DNA from: a virus
Lineage: Duplodnaviria; Caudoviricetes
Virus record (IMG/VR): IMGVR_UViG_3300006201_000010
Coordinates: 1 to 64,000 of that record
DNA length: 64,000 nt
Direction: 5' to 3' (one strand)
Under the pieces are notes generated by a model. The model saw only the letters and a list, made by a program, of their open reading frames with translations. It had not been told where the DNA came from and did not search any database. This document shows, one piece after another, positions 20,048 to 28,423 of this stretch. The position numbers and the translations under genes were made by a program. Within the stretch, counting starts at the first letter, position 1. Each line of letters begins with the position of its first letter.

Positions 20048-20512
20048 TTAAATGTTTGTAGTGGTTGTGTAGGACGCGACGGGCGTTGCCTGCTGTTCCG
20101 TTTTATCTTCTGTTGCGTTCGCCACTTCACCAGCAATGAGTTGGGGTAAATCGCGGTTAATATTGATAAGATTTACTGCTTCTTTTATATAATCAGTCCA
20201 GTAAGACTTATCGTAGGTAATACCTTTTTCGGCGCACATATCTTTAATATCGTTGAGTACGTCTTTGAGTTTCAGGGTGCCAGTTTTCTTGTCCGACACG
20301 CTCTTAAACGCCACTTCCGCCGCGCCAACCAACGGCATAACCTGTTGTGCTATTTCCGCCATTGTCTGAACGACGTTGACGGACTTACCGCTTTGCTTCT
20401 TTTTGATTATGGCTCTTATAACCAGAACCACATAAAGAATGGCAAGAAGGCAGCCACCGACTATGATTGCAATATCTTTAATCGCCATAATTATTTCGAT
20501 GACCTCCTTCAT
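20048..20512 (-). CDS. Holin (LL-H-like)
   Basis: N-terminal TM helix followed by basic patch; V.AAE...G..K motif. Confidence 0.6.
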   Translation of the reverse strand: MKEVIEIIMAIKDIAIIVGGCLLAILYVVLVIRAIIKKKQSGKSVNVVQTMAEIAQQVMPLVGAAEVAFKSVSDKKTGTLKLKDVLNDIKDMCAEKGITYDKSYWTDYIKEAVNLININRDLPQLIAGEVANATEDKTEQQATPVASYTTTTNI

Positions 20513-20874
20513 TAGTAGTTATTCACGGAACCACCAACGCCGGGGGTGCCAACGGTTGCGTCCGCTACTTCCTCCCCTGCTGTTGTTTCTTGAGGCACGC
20601 TTTCACTGAGTTCGTCGCTCGCGGGCAATTCGTCCGCAACTTCTTCTATGTATTCGCCGAGAACTTTCAACTTAGCAACTTCCTCTACGGTAAGTCCGTT
20701 GTTGGGGTTTTCGGAAAGCACATAGTCAACGAATCTCTTTGTCTTTTCTTCGTCATAACCGTGGGACTGTGCGAACGCTACCGCGTCGCTTTCCACTACG
20801 GTCTGGCCGTTTTCCTTTTTTGCCACAAGCTCGTTATAAGCCTGCAACAGTTCCTGCTCTTTTACTTTAAGCAT
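20512..20874 (-). CDS. Hypothetical acidic protein
   Basis: Start moved to ATG 20874, next to the upstream stop. Confidence 0.55.
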   Translation of the reverse strand: MLKVKEQELLQAYNELVAKKENGQTVVESDAVAFAQSHGYDEEKTKRFVDYVLSENPNNGLTVEEVAKLKVLGEYIEEVADELPASDELSESVPQETTAGEEVADATVGTPGVGGSVNNY

Positions 20875-20876
20875 TA

Positions 20877-21596
20877 TTAAGTTCCTCCTGTTGATAATAA
20901 ATTGATAATCCACTCGCGCGTTATGGGTATCGAGAATAATACGACTAAAATTAAGCCGACTAAAATCACCCATTTTAACGCTTTAACGATTGCAGTTGAT
21001 ACTGTCCCCAAACCATCGAAGAAACTTTTTACGCCGTCAAAGAATAAAAGCATTGAAAGAATAAATGCGTTAGGCACATAAGAGTATTTCATCTTAGTGA
21101 GTTTATCTTTGTACAGTTCCCACTTAGCTTGCTTATTGCGCGCTTTGTGGTCAGCCTTTTGCTCTTTATTGAATTGCTTTTGCTCTCTTTTAAGGCGGTC
21201 AGCTTCCGCATTCAAAACGATAAGTTTATTCCTTATCTCTTGCTTACGAACCTTATTATCCGCCTCTTGTTCTTGGACTTGCAGAGATGCCGTTTCTGCT
21301 TGAACTTCAAGGGCTTTGTCCGCAATATCGGCAAGGCTTTCAGCGTGTTTCTCGACAATTTTCTCGTCGGTAATTTTCACCTTTGCCTTTTCCAGAATAT
21401 TGCTTTGTACGCTACCGACAACCGAAGAAAACCCTACGTTTGCCGTTCCGTTCGGTTCGACCAACGCCTTGGGGTGATCCGTTACCACAACAGATAATTC
21501 TTCCGTTTCGGTTTCGGGTATGATTTCGTCGGTTTGCTCGACAACGTTTTCTTGCGCGTCAAAGTCCTGCGCCAACTTCTCTAAGTCCATTGCCAT
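20877..21596 (-). CDS. Coiled-coil membrane protein
   Basis: Coiled coil plus two C-terminal hydrophobic segments. Confidence 0.6.
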   Translation of the reverse strand: MAMDLEKLAQDFDAQENVVEQTDEIIPETETEELSVVVTDHPKALVEPNGTANVGFSSVVGSVQSNILEKAKVKITDEKIVEKHAESLADIADKALEVQAETASLQVQEQEADNKVRKQEIRNKLIVLNAEADRLKREQKQFNKEQKADHKARNKQAKWELYKDKLTKMKYSYVPNAFILSMLLFFDGVKSFFDGLGTVSTAIVKALKWVILVGLILVVLFSIPITREWIINLLSTGGT

Positions 21597-21613
21597 GTTT
21601 GTTTCCTCTTGCT

Positions 21614-22336
21614 TTATTCGGAAAGTTTTCTACCCATATCTTTCAATATCGGTGTAAACATTCCGTCGGGGTCTGTTTTCTTTGAAAGGTTATTAAGTAC
21701 TTTAACCGTATCGGGGTGAATACGGTTATCGCCGTCTTCGTATGCCGAAATAAATAACTTGGCAACTATGCGCTGGTGGCTTTCGCAAAGTTTAGGAAAG
21801 ATTTCGTAAAGTACCTTTACGTCAAGGTCCAACAGCTTATAGTACATATCCGCCGAGAGCAATTCTCCCTCTTTGTAGTCAAGTCTGTAACGGCTGCGTT
21901 CTTCGTCTGTGAGTCCGTTAATTACGATAAGTTCACGTCTGCGCATAAGTTTATCAACCTTAGCGTCTATACCCTGAAAGAATTCCTTTTTGGGAATGTC
22001 TAAGGTTCCACCTACGCGGTTTATCTGTCCGAGTTTGCCGAGAGTTAAAACTGACGTATCTGAAACTGCATCCATATAGAGCAATGTTACATATTCGTCC
22101 TTTTTAATTTCGACTACGGGCTGTTCACCTTGCGACTTAATGTATGCCGCAACTGCGTCCTGAGCTGCTTTCTCGCTAACACTTTTTACAAGTGCTTCGA
22201 CTTCTGCTGCTGTATATGTCTTTTCTTCCTTTTTCTTGGAAGGATTTTCCTGTTCCGTTACTTCGGGGGATTCGCCGTCCGTAACTTTCAGTTCTTCGTT
22301 CTCGTTGTTTTCGGTTTTGGTTGCTGATTTTGCCAT
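21614..22336 (-). CDS. Head-module hypothetical protein
   Basis: 240 aa, directly after the capsid gene. Confidence 0.6.
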   Translation of the reverse strand: MAKSATKTENNENEELKVTDGESPEVTEQENPSKKKEEKTYTAAEVEALVKSVSEKAAQDAVAAYIKSQGEQPVVEIKKDEYVTLLYMDAVSDTSVLTLGKLGQINRVGGTLDIPKKEFFQGIDAKVDKLMRRRELIVINGLTDEERSRYRLDYKEGELLSADMYYKLLDLDVKVLYEIFPKLCESHQRIVAKLFISAYEDGDNRIHPDTVKVLNNLSKKTDPDGMFTPILKDMGRKLSE

Positions 22337-22387
22337 TTTCTTTACACACTCCTTTCAGATTTAATTATTTGACAAATATTTCTGTCA

Positions 22388-22410
22388 GCAGGGCAGAAAT
22401 TCCGCCCTGC
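22388..22410 (-). terminator. Hairpin after the major capsid gene
   Basis: GCAGGGC...GCCCTGC inverted repeat; weak U-tail. Confidence 0.4.
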
Positions 22411-22433
22411 TTCCAGTTTTAACCTTAATGCTA

Positions 22434-23672
22434 TTAGGCAACGTTCTTGATAAGACCGACCTTGCTTGCGAACATAGGCGCAATGTCAAACATTGCTTCC
22501 ATGTTGATTTCAAGCGTGAAGTCTTCCGTCTTGCTGGGTTCTGCCGTAAGGGTGATAGGATGACCCTCTGCATATACGCCATACATAGGCTTGTTGCCTT
22601 CGCCGCCCTTTGCAACCATATAGATTTCGTCCGTAGGGAAAATCTTGGTGAGCAAGTTGTTCTGTGTACCGGGTACAAGTACGGGACGAATCGGGCAAAG
22701 GTCAACGCCGCCAACGTTACCGAGATGACCCTGCGTAGTCCACTTCTCGCCCAAGCCGTACTGCATACCGAGAATTGCGCCGCCCGTACCGTCGGTGGGA
22801 ACTACCTTGCTTAAAGCGGTGCGCGCACCGAAAGCCAAAAGGTCGTTTGCATCTACGCCGTTCGCCGCCGAAAGGTCGTCGATAAGGTTGTTCCAGTTGT
22901 CGGACGTGTAGGACGAATAAGTGAGCTTTTTGGGCATATACTTCTGATTCTCTTTTGCGGTTTTGAGTGCAAAAGCAAACTTCGCATATACCTTGTTCCA
23001 AAGACCGCGAATCATTGCGTTGTAGTAATCACCCGCGTCGCCCTCGAACATTTGAGTCCACTTAATCTGGGTAATTGCCGCCGTTGCCTTGGGGGTAAGC
23101 GTAATCGTCTTATTGTTAAGACGGCTGATGGTAACGTTGTTAAAGCTACCTACGCTTGTATCCTCGAAGATAACAACGTCGTTGGACTTGATTTCGATTT
23201 CTTTGTAGCCGAATGCGGGGGCAGATTCCCACTGCATAAGACCGCCCATACTTATATCGTCGAATACGCGGAAAAGCAAAGGCGTAAGAATATCTCTGTC
23301 AAGCGCGGACATTGTGCGCAGGAATACGGGGTCCCTCATAAGCGACAAGTCGCTCTTGACTTCACCGATATTCGCGGGCATTTCCTGACCGCTTGCTTTG
23401 TACGCTTGAGCCGCGCAGAATAAGAGTTTCTTATCCCTGAATGCTTTTGAGAAAGACGCATAGTCAACGTTCTGTGCTGCAAGACGGGAATTGTATTTTT
23501 CCAAATTCATCTTGTTTTCGTTTATTGATTTACCGATATACTCGCAAACGACGAGTCTGCCCGTAGCGACCAAATCTCTGCGGTTGATTTCTGCACCGCA
23601 GACCTTGATTTTGGTGTCGCTGGTGTTAGAGGCTTCAAATACGTCGTTAGGAATGCAATTTAATTTCAACAT
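22434..23672 (-). CDS. Major capsid protein
   Basis: 412 aa, follows protease/scaffold and decoration-like genes, size and motifs fit an HK97-fold capsid of SPbeta-like phages. Confidence 0.75.
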   Translation of the reverse strand: MLKLNCIPNDVFEASNTSDTKIKVCGAEINRRDLVATGRLVVCEYIGKSINENKMNLEKYNSRLAAQNVDYASFSKAFRDKKLLFCAAQAYKASGQEMPANIGEVKSDLSLMRDPVFLRTMSALDRDILTPLLFRVFDDISMGGLMQWESAPAFGYKEIEIKSNDVVIFEDTSVGSFNNVTISRLNNKTITLTPKATAAITQIKWTQMFEGDAGDYYNAMIRGLWNKVYAKFAFALKTAKENQKYMPKKLTYSSYTSDNWNNLIDDLSAANGVDANDLLAFGARTALSKVVPTDGTGGAILGMQYGLGEKWTTQGHLGNVGGVDLCPIRPVLVPGTQNNLLTKIFPTDEIYMVAKGGEGNKPMYGVYAEGHPITLTAEPSKTEDFTLEINMEAMFDIAPMFASKVGLIKNVA

Positions 23673-23690
23673 TTCTGTTATCCTCCTTCC

Positions 23691-24359
23691 TTAATTACCT
23701 GCGCCCGGTTCGCCTGCGCCACCGTTAGCGGGACTTGCTTGTGTGCCGCCTGCCGTTACTGCTGCTCTGCAAACGAGTAAGCGATACTTGGTACCCCAGT
23801 CTGCGGAACCTTCGGTTACACCGAGTTCGCCGAGTATCTTGAAGTAAACTTCACCGCCCGAAGTGGGTGCGGCTGCCGCAGCAACAAGTCTGCCGTCCTT
23901 TATGGTTGCGAACTTGTGCGTATCGTCTGCGGGTGCGGTTGCAAAGTTACCTTTTCCGAGGAAGTATTGCTTACCTACGAAAAGTTCTTTGAAATCGCCG
24001 CGTTCGCCTGCGGGAAGTCCTATGCCGAGCGTGTTTCTGCCCTCGACCCATACGTTGCCGTTGCCGTCAACTGCTCTGTTGCGAGCGTAGTTGTTAAACG
24101 CATAGATACCCGTTGCGTCGCCCGTATTGCCGCCCACTTTACCGTTTGCGGCTGCGATATAGTTCCAGTCGTTGCCGTTCTTATACTTCGCAACTTCGTA
24201 GCCTTCGTTTTCCGTAAGAGAGTGCTGTACGCAAAGCATACCCGAACTGCAGTCTTCGGGAACGAGTTTTTCGTCGTCAAGTTTATTGAATTTACCCGAA
24301 GTGTTTTTAACGCCGTCGGGAATGGCAACTTCAAATAATGTTTCTTTAATGAATGACAT
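23691..24359 (-). CDS. Capsid decoration/cement-like protein
   Basis: Between scaffold and capsid genes; Gly/Ala-rich. Confidence 0.5.
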   Translation of the reverse strand: MSFIKETLFEVAIPDGVKNTSGKFNKLDDEKLVPEDCSSGMLCVQHSLTENEGYEVAKYKNGNDWNYIAAANGKVGGNTGDATGIYAFNNYARNRAVDGNGNVWVEGRNTLGIGLPAGERGDFKELFVGKQYFLGKGNFATAPADDTHKFATIKDGRLVAAAAAPTSGGEVYFKILGELGVTEGSADWGTKYRLLVCRAAVTAGGTQASPANGGAGEPGAGN

Positions 24360-24377
24360 TTTTGTTCTCCTTATTTA

Positions 24378-25793
24378 TTATTTCATTACTCTGGATATTG
24401 CGCCCAGAATGCCTTCGTTCGCTTTCTGCGGTTCGCCGATGGGCTGTTCCCAAGCGAAGGTCTTTTTCTCGCTGGCGGTCTTGATTTCTGCCTGTGCTTT
24501 CTGATACTTAATTTGTTCTTCCATACACAAAGCGTCAACGTCCCTTGCCGCTATGCTTGCGCCGATAAACTTGCCTTCCGCGTCAACCAAGTTTGTGTAC
24601 TTGTCTTCTGCTGCGGCAGTAAGCAAGTTTGCACAAATTTCTTCTTTGAATTTGCAGTCTTCGGGGCGGTCCGCGTTAATCTGAGCAAGGCGCGCTTTGA
24701 TAGCCGTCGTTGCCTCGTCGCGTCTGCGAACCTTTTCCGCTGCCTGCATAGTTTCCAAAGCGGTTGTCGCCGTCTGACACGTCTTGTGTTCGTCCTCGTA
24801 CTTCTTTTCAAGCTCTGCGCAACGTGCCTGTAAACTTTCGGTAATCATTGCGACGGGAAGTTCTATTTTAAGTCCCCCCTCGTTCGCAAAAAGAATTACG
24901 GGGGTGATTTCCGATTTGCTACCGCAAATTATTTCGCCGTTTTCGCTTTTTGCCGACGAAAGGAAAAATTCGCCCTTTTCCGAAAGCAACACAACATTTT
25001 CGTCTTGCACCGCAAGAACCTTAAAGCCGGGGAATTTGCCGTCTAAGTCTTTGACTTTCAACTTATTCATGCTGTCTGTTCCTTCCTTTTTTAAATTTTT
25101 ATTGTTTTGAGTTTGCGGCTCACTATTATCTACCTGCTCGTAAGAGGCAGCTCTTATTTTGAGTTGTTCCAGCTCGCCTATACTTGCAGAAAGTTTTCTG
25201 ATATTTGCACCTGCGAATGCGGGCGGCACGTCAGTACCCAGAATTGTTACACCGACTATGCGATATTCTTCTTCGTACTCAACACCGTCAACAATGCGGT
25301 TTTTGTAAACGTCAGCCTCAATACTGACATTCATTTGCCCACCGTTACGCTCAATTTCGTCAATGAGTTCACGGTTGTAGAAATACCACAGCGTACCGAT
25401 AGCAACTATCCAGTTCTTGCCGTCAATATTTTCAATGTGAGGGTTAAACTTGCCGTCTTCCGTTTCCTTTATCCAGCCTGCGGGGTGCTCACAGTTCGCG
25501 CCGATATATGACGGGTAGAGCTTTCCAGTCTTCGGATCTCTTACCATTTCAAAATCGTGCCCGTTTGCAATCTTTCCGTTAATTACTGAATAGAGAATAG
25601 GAATTTCGGCAACGTCGTTTAAATGGTCTTCTATGTGTTCAAACAACCAGTTATTTCTGCATACTGTGTCATTTAAAAGCATTAAAACGACTTTGCGCAA
25701 CATAGGGTTTGAAGTTTCGCAAAGTTTAAGCTGACCGTCTAATATACGGTGAATAGGTTTTTCGATAGGTTCGTCCATAGTGTTACCTCTCAA
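24378..25793 (-). CDS. Prohead protease/scaffold fusion
   Basis: Protease-like N-terminus (NVSIE...GVTILG..V.PAF.GA) and coiled-coil C-terminus; real start may be 25778. Confidence 0.65.
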   Translation of the reverse strand: MRGNTMDEPIEKPIHRILDGQLKLCETSNPMLRKVVLMLLNDTVCRNNWLFEHIEDHLNDVAEIPILYSVINGKIANGHDFEMVRDPKTGKLYPSYIGANCEHPAGWIKETEDGKFNPHIENIDGKNWIVAIGTLWYFYNRELIDEIERNGGQMNVSIEADVYKNRIVDGVEYEEEYRIVGVTILGTDVPPAFAGANIRKLSASIGELEQLKIRAASYEQVDNSEPQTQNNKNLKKEGTDSMNKLKVKDLDGKFPGFKVLAVQDENVVLLSEKGEFFLSSAKSENGEIICGSKSEITPVILFANEGGLKIELPVAMITESLQARCAELEKKYEDEHKTCQTATTALETMQAAEKVRRRDEATTAIKARLAQINADRPEDCKFKEEICANLLTAAAEDKYTNLVDAEGKFIGASIAARDVDALCMEEQIKYQKAQAEIKTASEKKTFAWEQPIGEPQKANEGILGAISRVMK

Positions 25794-25803
25794 AAAATGA
25801 ATT

Positions 25804-25880
25804 AAGGGCTACGGGTACCACACCACTGCAGTACTCATAGCCCCTTTTGGCTCTTGCCGTTGCCCACTTGCAACGGCGAT
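25804..25880 (-). ncRNA. Recurrent structured RNA element, copy C
   Basis: 65 bp identical to copy B; the distal stem strand differs but mostly keeps pairing. Confidence 0.65.
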
Positions 25881-25888
25881 TATTTATT

Positions 25889-25963
25889 TGGTTGCAGAAG
25901 GCGGACTCGAACCACCAACCTCTGGGTTATGAACCCAGCAAGCTACCATTGCTCTACTCTGCG
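25889..25963 (-). tRNA. tRNA-fMet (CAT), initiator type
   Basis: Cloverleaf CGCAGAG...TTCTGCA-A-CCA, C1:A72 mismatch, anticodon stem CTGGG/CCCAG with three G-C pairs, GTTCGA T-loop. Confidence 0.93.
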
Positions 25964-25990
25964 ATATTGGCGGGCGCAAGCCCGCATATA

Positions 25991-26161
25991 TTATTGATTA
26001 TTTATTTTTACTGTCGCAACCAGCTTTTTGCTGACCTCAAACACTTTAATACCGTCTTTTGAAGAATGCACTTCTATGTGATTCCCTCTTTTAAGCGCGG
26101 CATTAGCTGCCTTTTCTATGCTTGGGTTTTTCATAACTTCTTGCAAATCATTCATTGCCAT
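25991..26161 (-). CDS. Small basic hypothetical protein
   Basis: Start overlaps portal end; GNHIEVHSSKDGIKVFEV. Confidence 0.55.
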   Translation of the reverse strand: MAMNDLQEVMKNPSIEKAANAALKRGNHIEVHSSKDGIKVFEVSKKLVATVKINNQ

Positions 26162-28031
26162 CGGTACTTTCACCCTCGCTTTGTTTCTGCACCTTAGTTT
26201 CTTCAACTTCTTGCTCAGTCTTCTGTGGTGCACCCGTCTGTTTTGGTGTTGCCGACTGGTCGCTCGCCGACTGTGTATATGAAGTTTTAGGCGGTATTAA
26301 GTAATCGAGTAAGCCACTTTCCTTAACCGCTCTGCTCATTGAGAGTTTATCAAGGATTGACTGTCCGTCAAGGGCCGCAAGCACAAACCACGCCGAAAGG
26401 TCGCCTATGTTTAACTGTTTCATTGCGTCTGCACGCATTGTAGCTTCCGCGTATATATCGCCAAACATTTGGAAGTGCCACTCATATTCAAGATTAAGAC
26501 TCTCGAATAAGTGGTTGACCATATTTTCAAGCGTTCTATATATACAGATAGGGAATTGCGCTTCGAGCTTTGCGGAATACTGCGATATGCCTTGGTGCGG
26601 GTTCTCGTTTGCAGGAATTAGTGCGGTCAGCCCCGCCTTTTCCATTACATACGAATTGAAACTCGAAGAAATATCGTTTGCGTTTGCCGCCTCTGCGTAA
26701 TCGTGGCTCTTAATGTTTTGTACTGGTGCCGTAAAGAACGCCGTACCACCCGTGTTGGAATTTGCCATAAGCATATTCCAGTAAATTTCAAACAGCTTTC
26801 GAGAGTCTAAGGAAAGACTGAAAGCGTCTTCTTCGGACGCACCGTCATTTTGACTGCGGTAAGGAATTTCGCCAGTAAAGATTTTAACGAGCGGGTTCAC
26901 AACTATGCTGAGCTGTGCCGCCTCGAAGTCCGCTTGCTGTGTAAATGACTGCATAAGTCCCGACATAGGCGGCGCAATGATAGGTGTTGTATCGTCTATC
27001 TCGAACGTCCACACGCGGTCAATAGGTAACGTAACATCGTATGCCCAGCGTCCGTTCTGCATAAACATTTTTGGGTTGCCTGCGCCGCTACTGTTTACAT
27101 TGTCGATATGCAGACAATATTTGCGGTTGCCGACTTCTATATTGCAAGTTCTGTCGGAAAGCTCGGTTGCACCATCTGTGGGTTGACCGCCAATTTTTTG
27201 ACATTCGCTTGCGTAAACGAAAGCACGGCTTTTCTTCTCGTCTTTCTTCTTTTGGAAGATTGCATCGAAGTCTTCCATATACGGTTCAAACAGGTCGCCG
27301 TATTGCCGCCAGTCTGTACCGGGCTGAAGAAAGTACATTAAGTTGAAAGAGATTGTATATTTGGTTATGTTGTTAAAGCCTATGATTTTACACCACTCTT
27401 GAGGAAGTTGTTGGTAAAACATATACTTAACTTTATTGTGTGAGCGGTCTATATTGTGCCGCAGTATGTAAAATGATTTGCCGAATATGTTTGACTGTCC
27501 GTTTGCTTGATGCCCAAGTTGTTCAACTTTGACCGCTTTCTCGATTTTATCAACTAAACGGAATTCGCGCCAGAATTCGTCAGACTTTGCGCTGTCCTTT
27601 TCGAGATACTGGGGAATCGTGAAATGACGATAGGTTAATATGTCGGCATATAGTTTAGTTATTTTGAAGTACGGATAGACCGTAAACCTTAACGCCTGCG
27701 ATATTTGCTGTAATTGCTTTTCACTTGACTGCGGTGCCGTTAAGAATTCGCCGAGTTCGGCTTTGCTGTAATCGGCAGGAAGTGGCGAAATAGTTTTTAC
27801 ACGTTGGTTCTGAATGCTCGCTTGATTTGCCATAGCGCGCCCCGCCCTTGTAAACGCGGAATAAATCGCGTCGTTGGGCAGAGAGCCAAACTTAGCCGCA
27901 AGTTGGTGAAACCGCTCTAATGTGTCGGCGGTATATGAAGTTTTAGGCTTGGGGGGCGGTGTATCTTGCGGTGCAGGTAATGTAACCGTTTGACCGCTCG
28001 CACCTCTCGTCCCTTTCTTTTTATTTCCCAC
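26148..28031 (-). CDS. Portal protein
   Basis: 627 aa between terminase and protease; acidic C-terminal tail. Confidence 0.7.
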   Translation of the reverse strand: MGNKKKGTRGASGQTVTLPAPQDTPPPKPKTSYTADTLERFHQLAAKFGSLPNDAIYSAFTRAGRAMANQASIQNQRVKTISPLPADYSKAELGEFLTAPQSSEKQLQQISQALRFTVYPYFKITKLYADILTYRHFTIPQYLEKDSAKSDEFWREFRLVDKIEKAVKVEQLGHQANGQSNIFGKSFYILRHNIDRSHNKVKYMFYQQLPQEWCKIIGFNNITKYTISFNLMYFLQPGTDWRQYGDLFEPYMEDFDAIFQKKKDEKKSRAFVYASECQKIGGQPTDGATELSDRTCNIEVGNRKYCLHIDNVNSSGAGNPKMFMQNGRWAYDVTLPIDRVWTFEIDDTTPIIAPPMSGLMQSFTQQADFEAAQLSIVVNPLVKIFTGEIPYRSQNDGASEEDAFSLSLDSRKLFEIYWNMLMANSNTGGTAFFTAPVQNIKSHDYAEAANANDISSSFNSYVMEKAGLTALIPANENPHQGISQYSAKLEAQFPICIYRTLENMVNHLFESLNLEYEWHFQMFGDIYAEATMRADAMKQLNIGDLSAWFVLAALDGQSILDKLSMSRAVKESGLLDYLIPPKTSYTQSASDQSATPKQTGAPQKTEQEVEETKVQKQSEGESTDGNE

Positions 28032-28060
28032 TTGCGTCCTCGTATTTATTTACTTATGGA

Positions 28061-28423
28061 TTACTGCTTTTTCTTTTTGGCTTTGGGTTTAGTGTTGTCG
28101 TTATTACTATTATTATTGATTTTTTCCTGCTCGGCGGCGAGTTCTTTCTCAACGTTGTCAAGGAAATTATTCAAATAGTTTGTATAAGATTGTTGGTTCT
28201 TTTGAATGGCTGCACTGTTTACTGCGTACTTGCAACCGAGCAACCATTCGTGTTCTTCTCTTGAAAGTTGGTCTTCGGGAACCTTTACAAAATCTTCGCC
28301 CGGCTTAGTGTCGGTATATAAAAGTAAATACTGCATGTGGCTCGGTATAAACGAATACTTTACACCTTTCGGCACTTCAAGGGTTCGCCCCGCATAGAGC
28401 TTAAATTTTTTTACTCTCGGCAT
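28061..28423 (-). CDS. Hypothetical protein
   Basis: TAATG overlap with the terminase stop gives start 28423. Confidence 0.55.
   Translation of the reverse strand: MPRVKKFKLYAGRTLEVPKGVKYSFIPSHMQYLLLYTDTKPGEDFVKVPEDQLSREEHEWLLGCKYAVNSAAIQKNQQSYTNYLNNFLDNVEKELAAEQEKINNNSNNDNTKPKAKKKKQ

Noticed and set aside
25804-25888. HDV-like (theta) ribozyme 3' of the tRNA-fMet
   Set aside because: I could not fit the nested double-pseudoknot pattern, and the same element occurs elsewhere without a tRNA.
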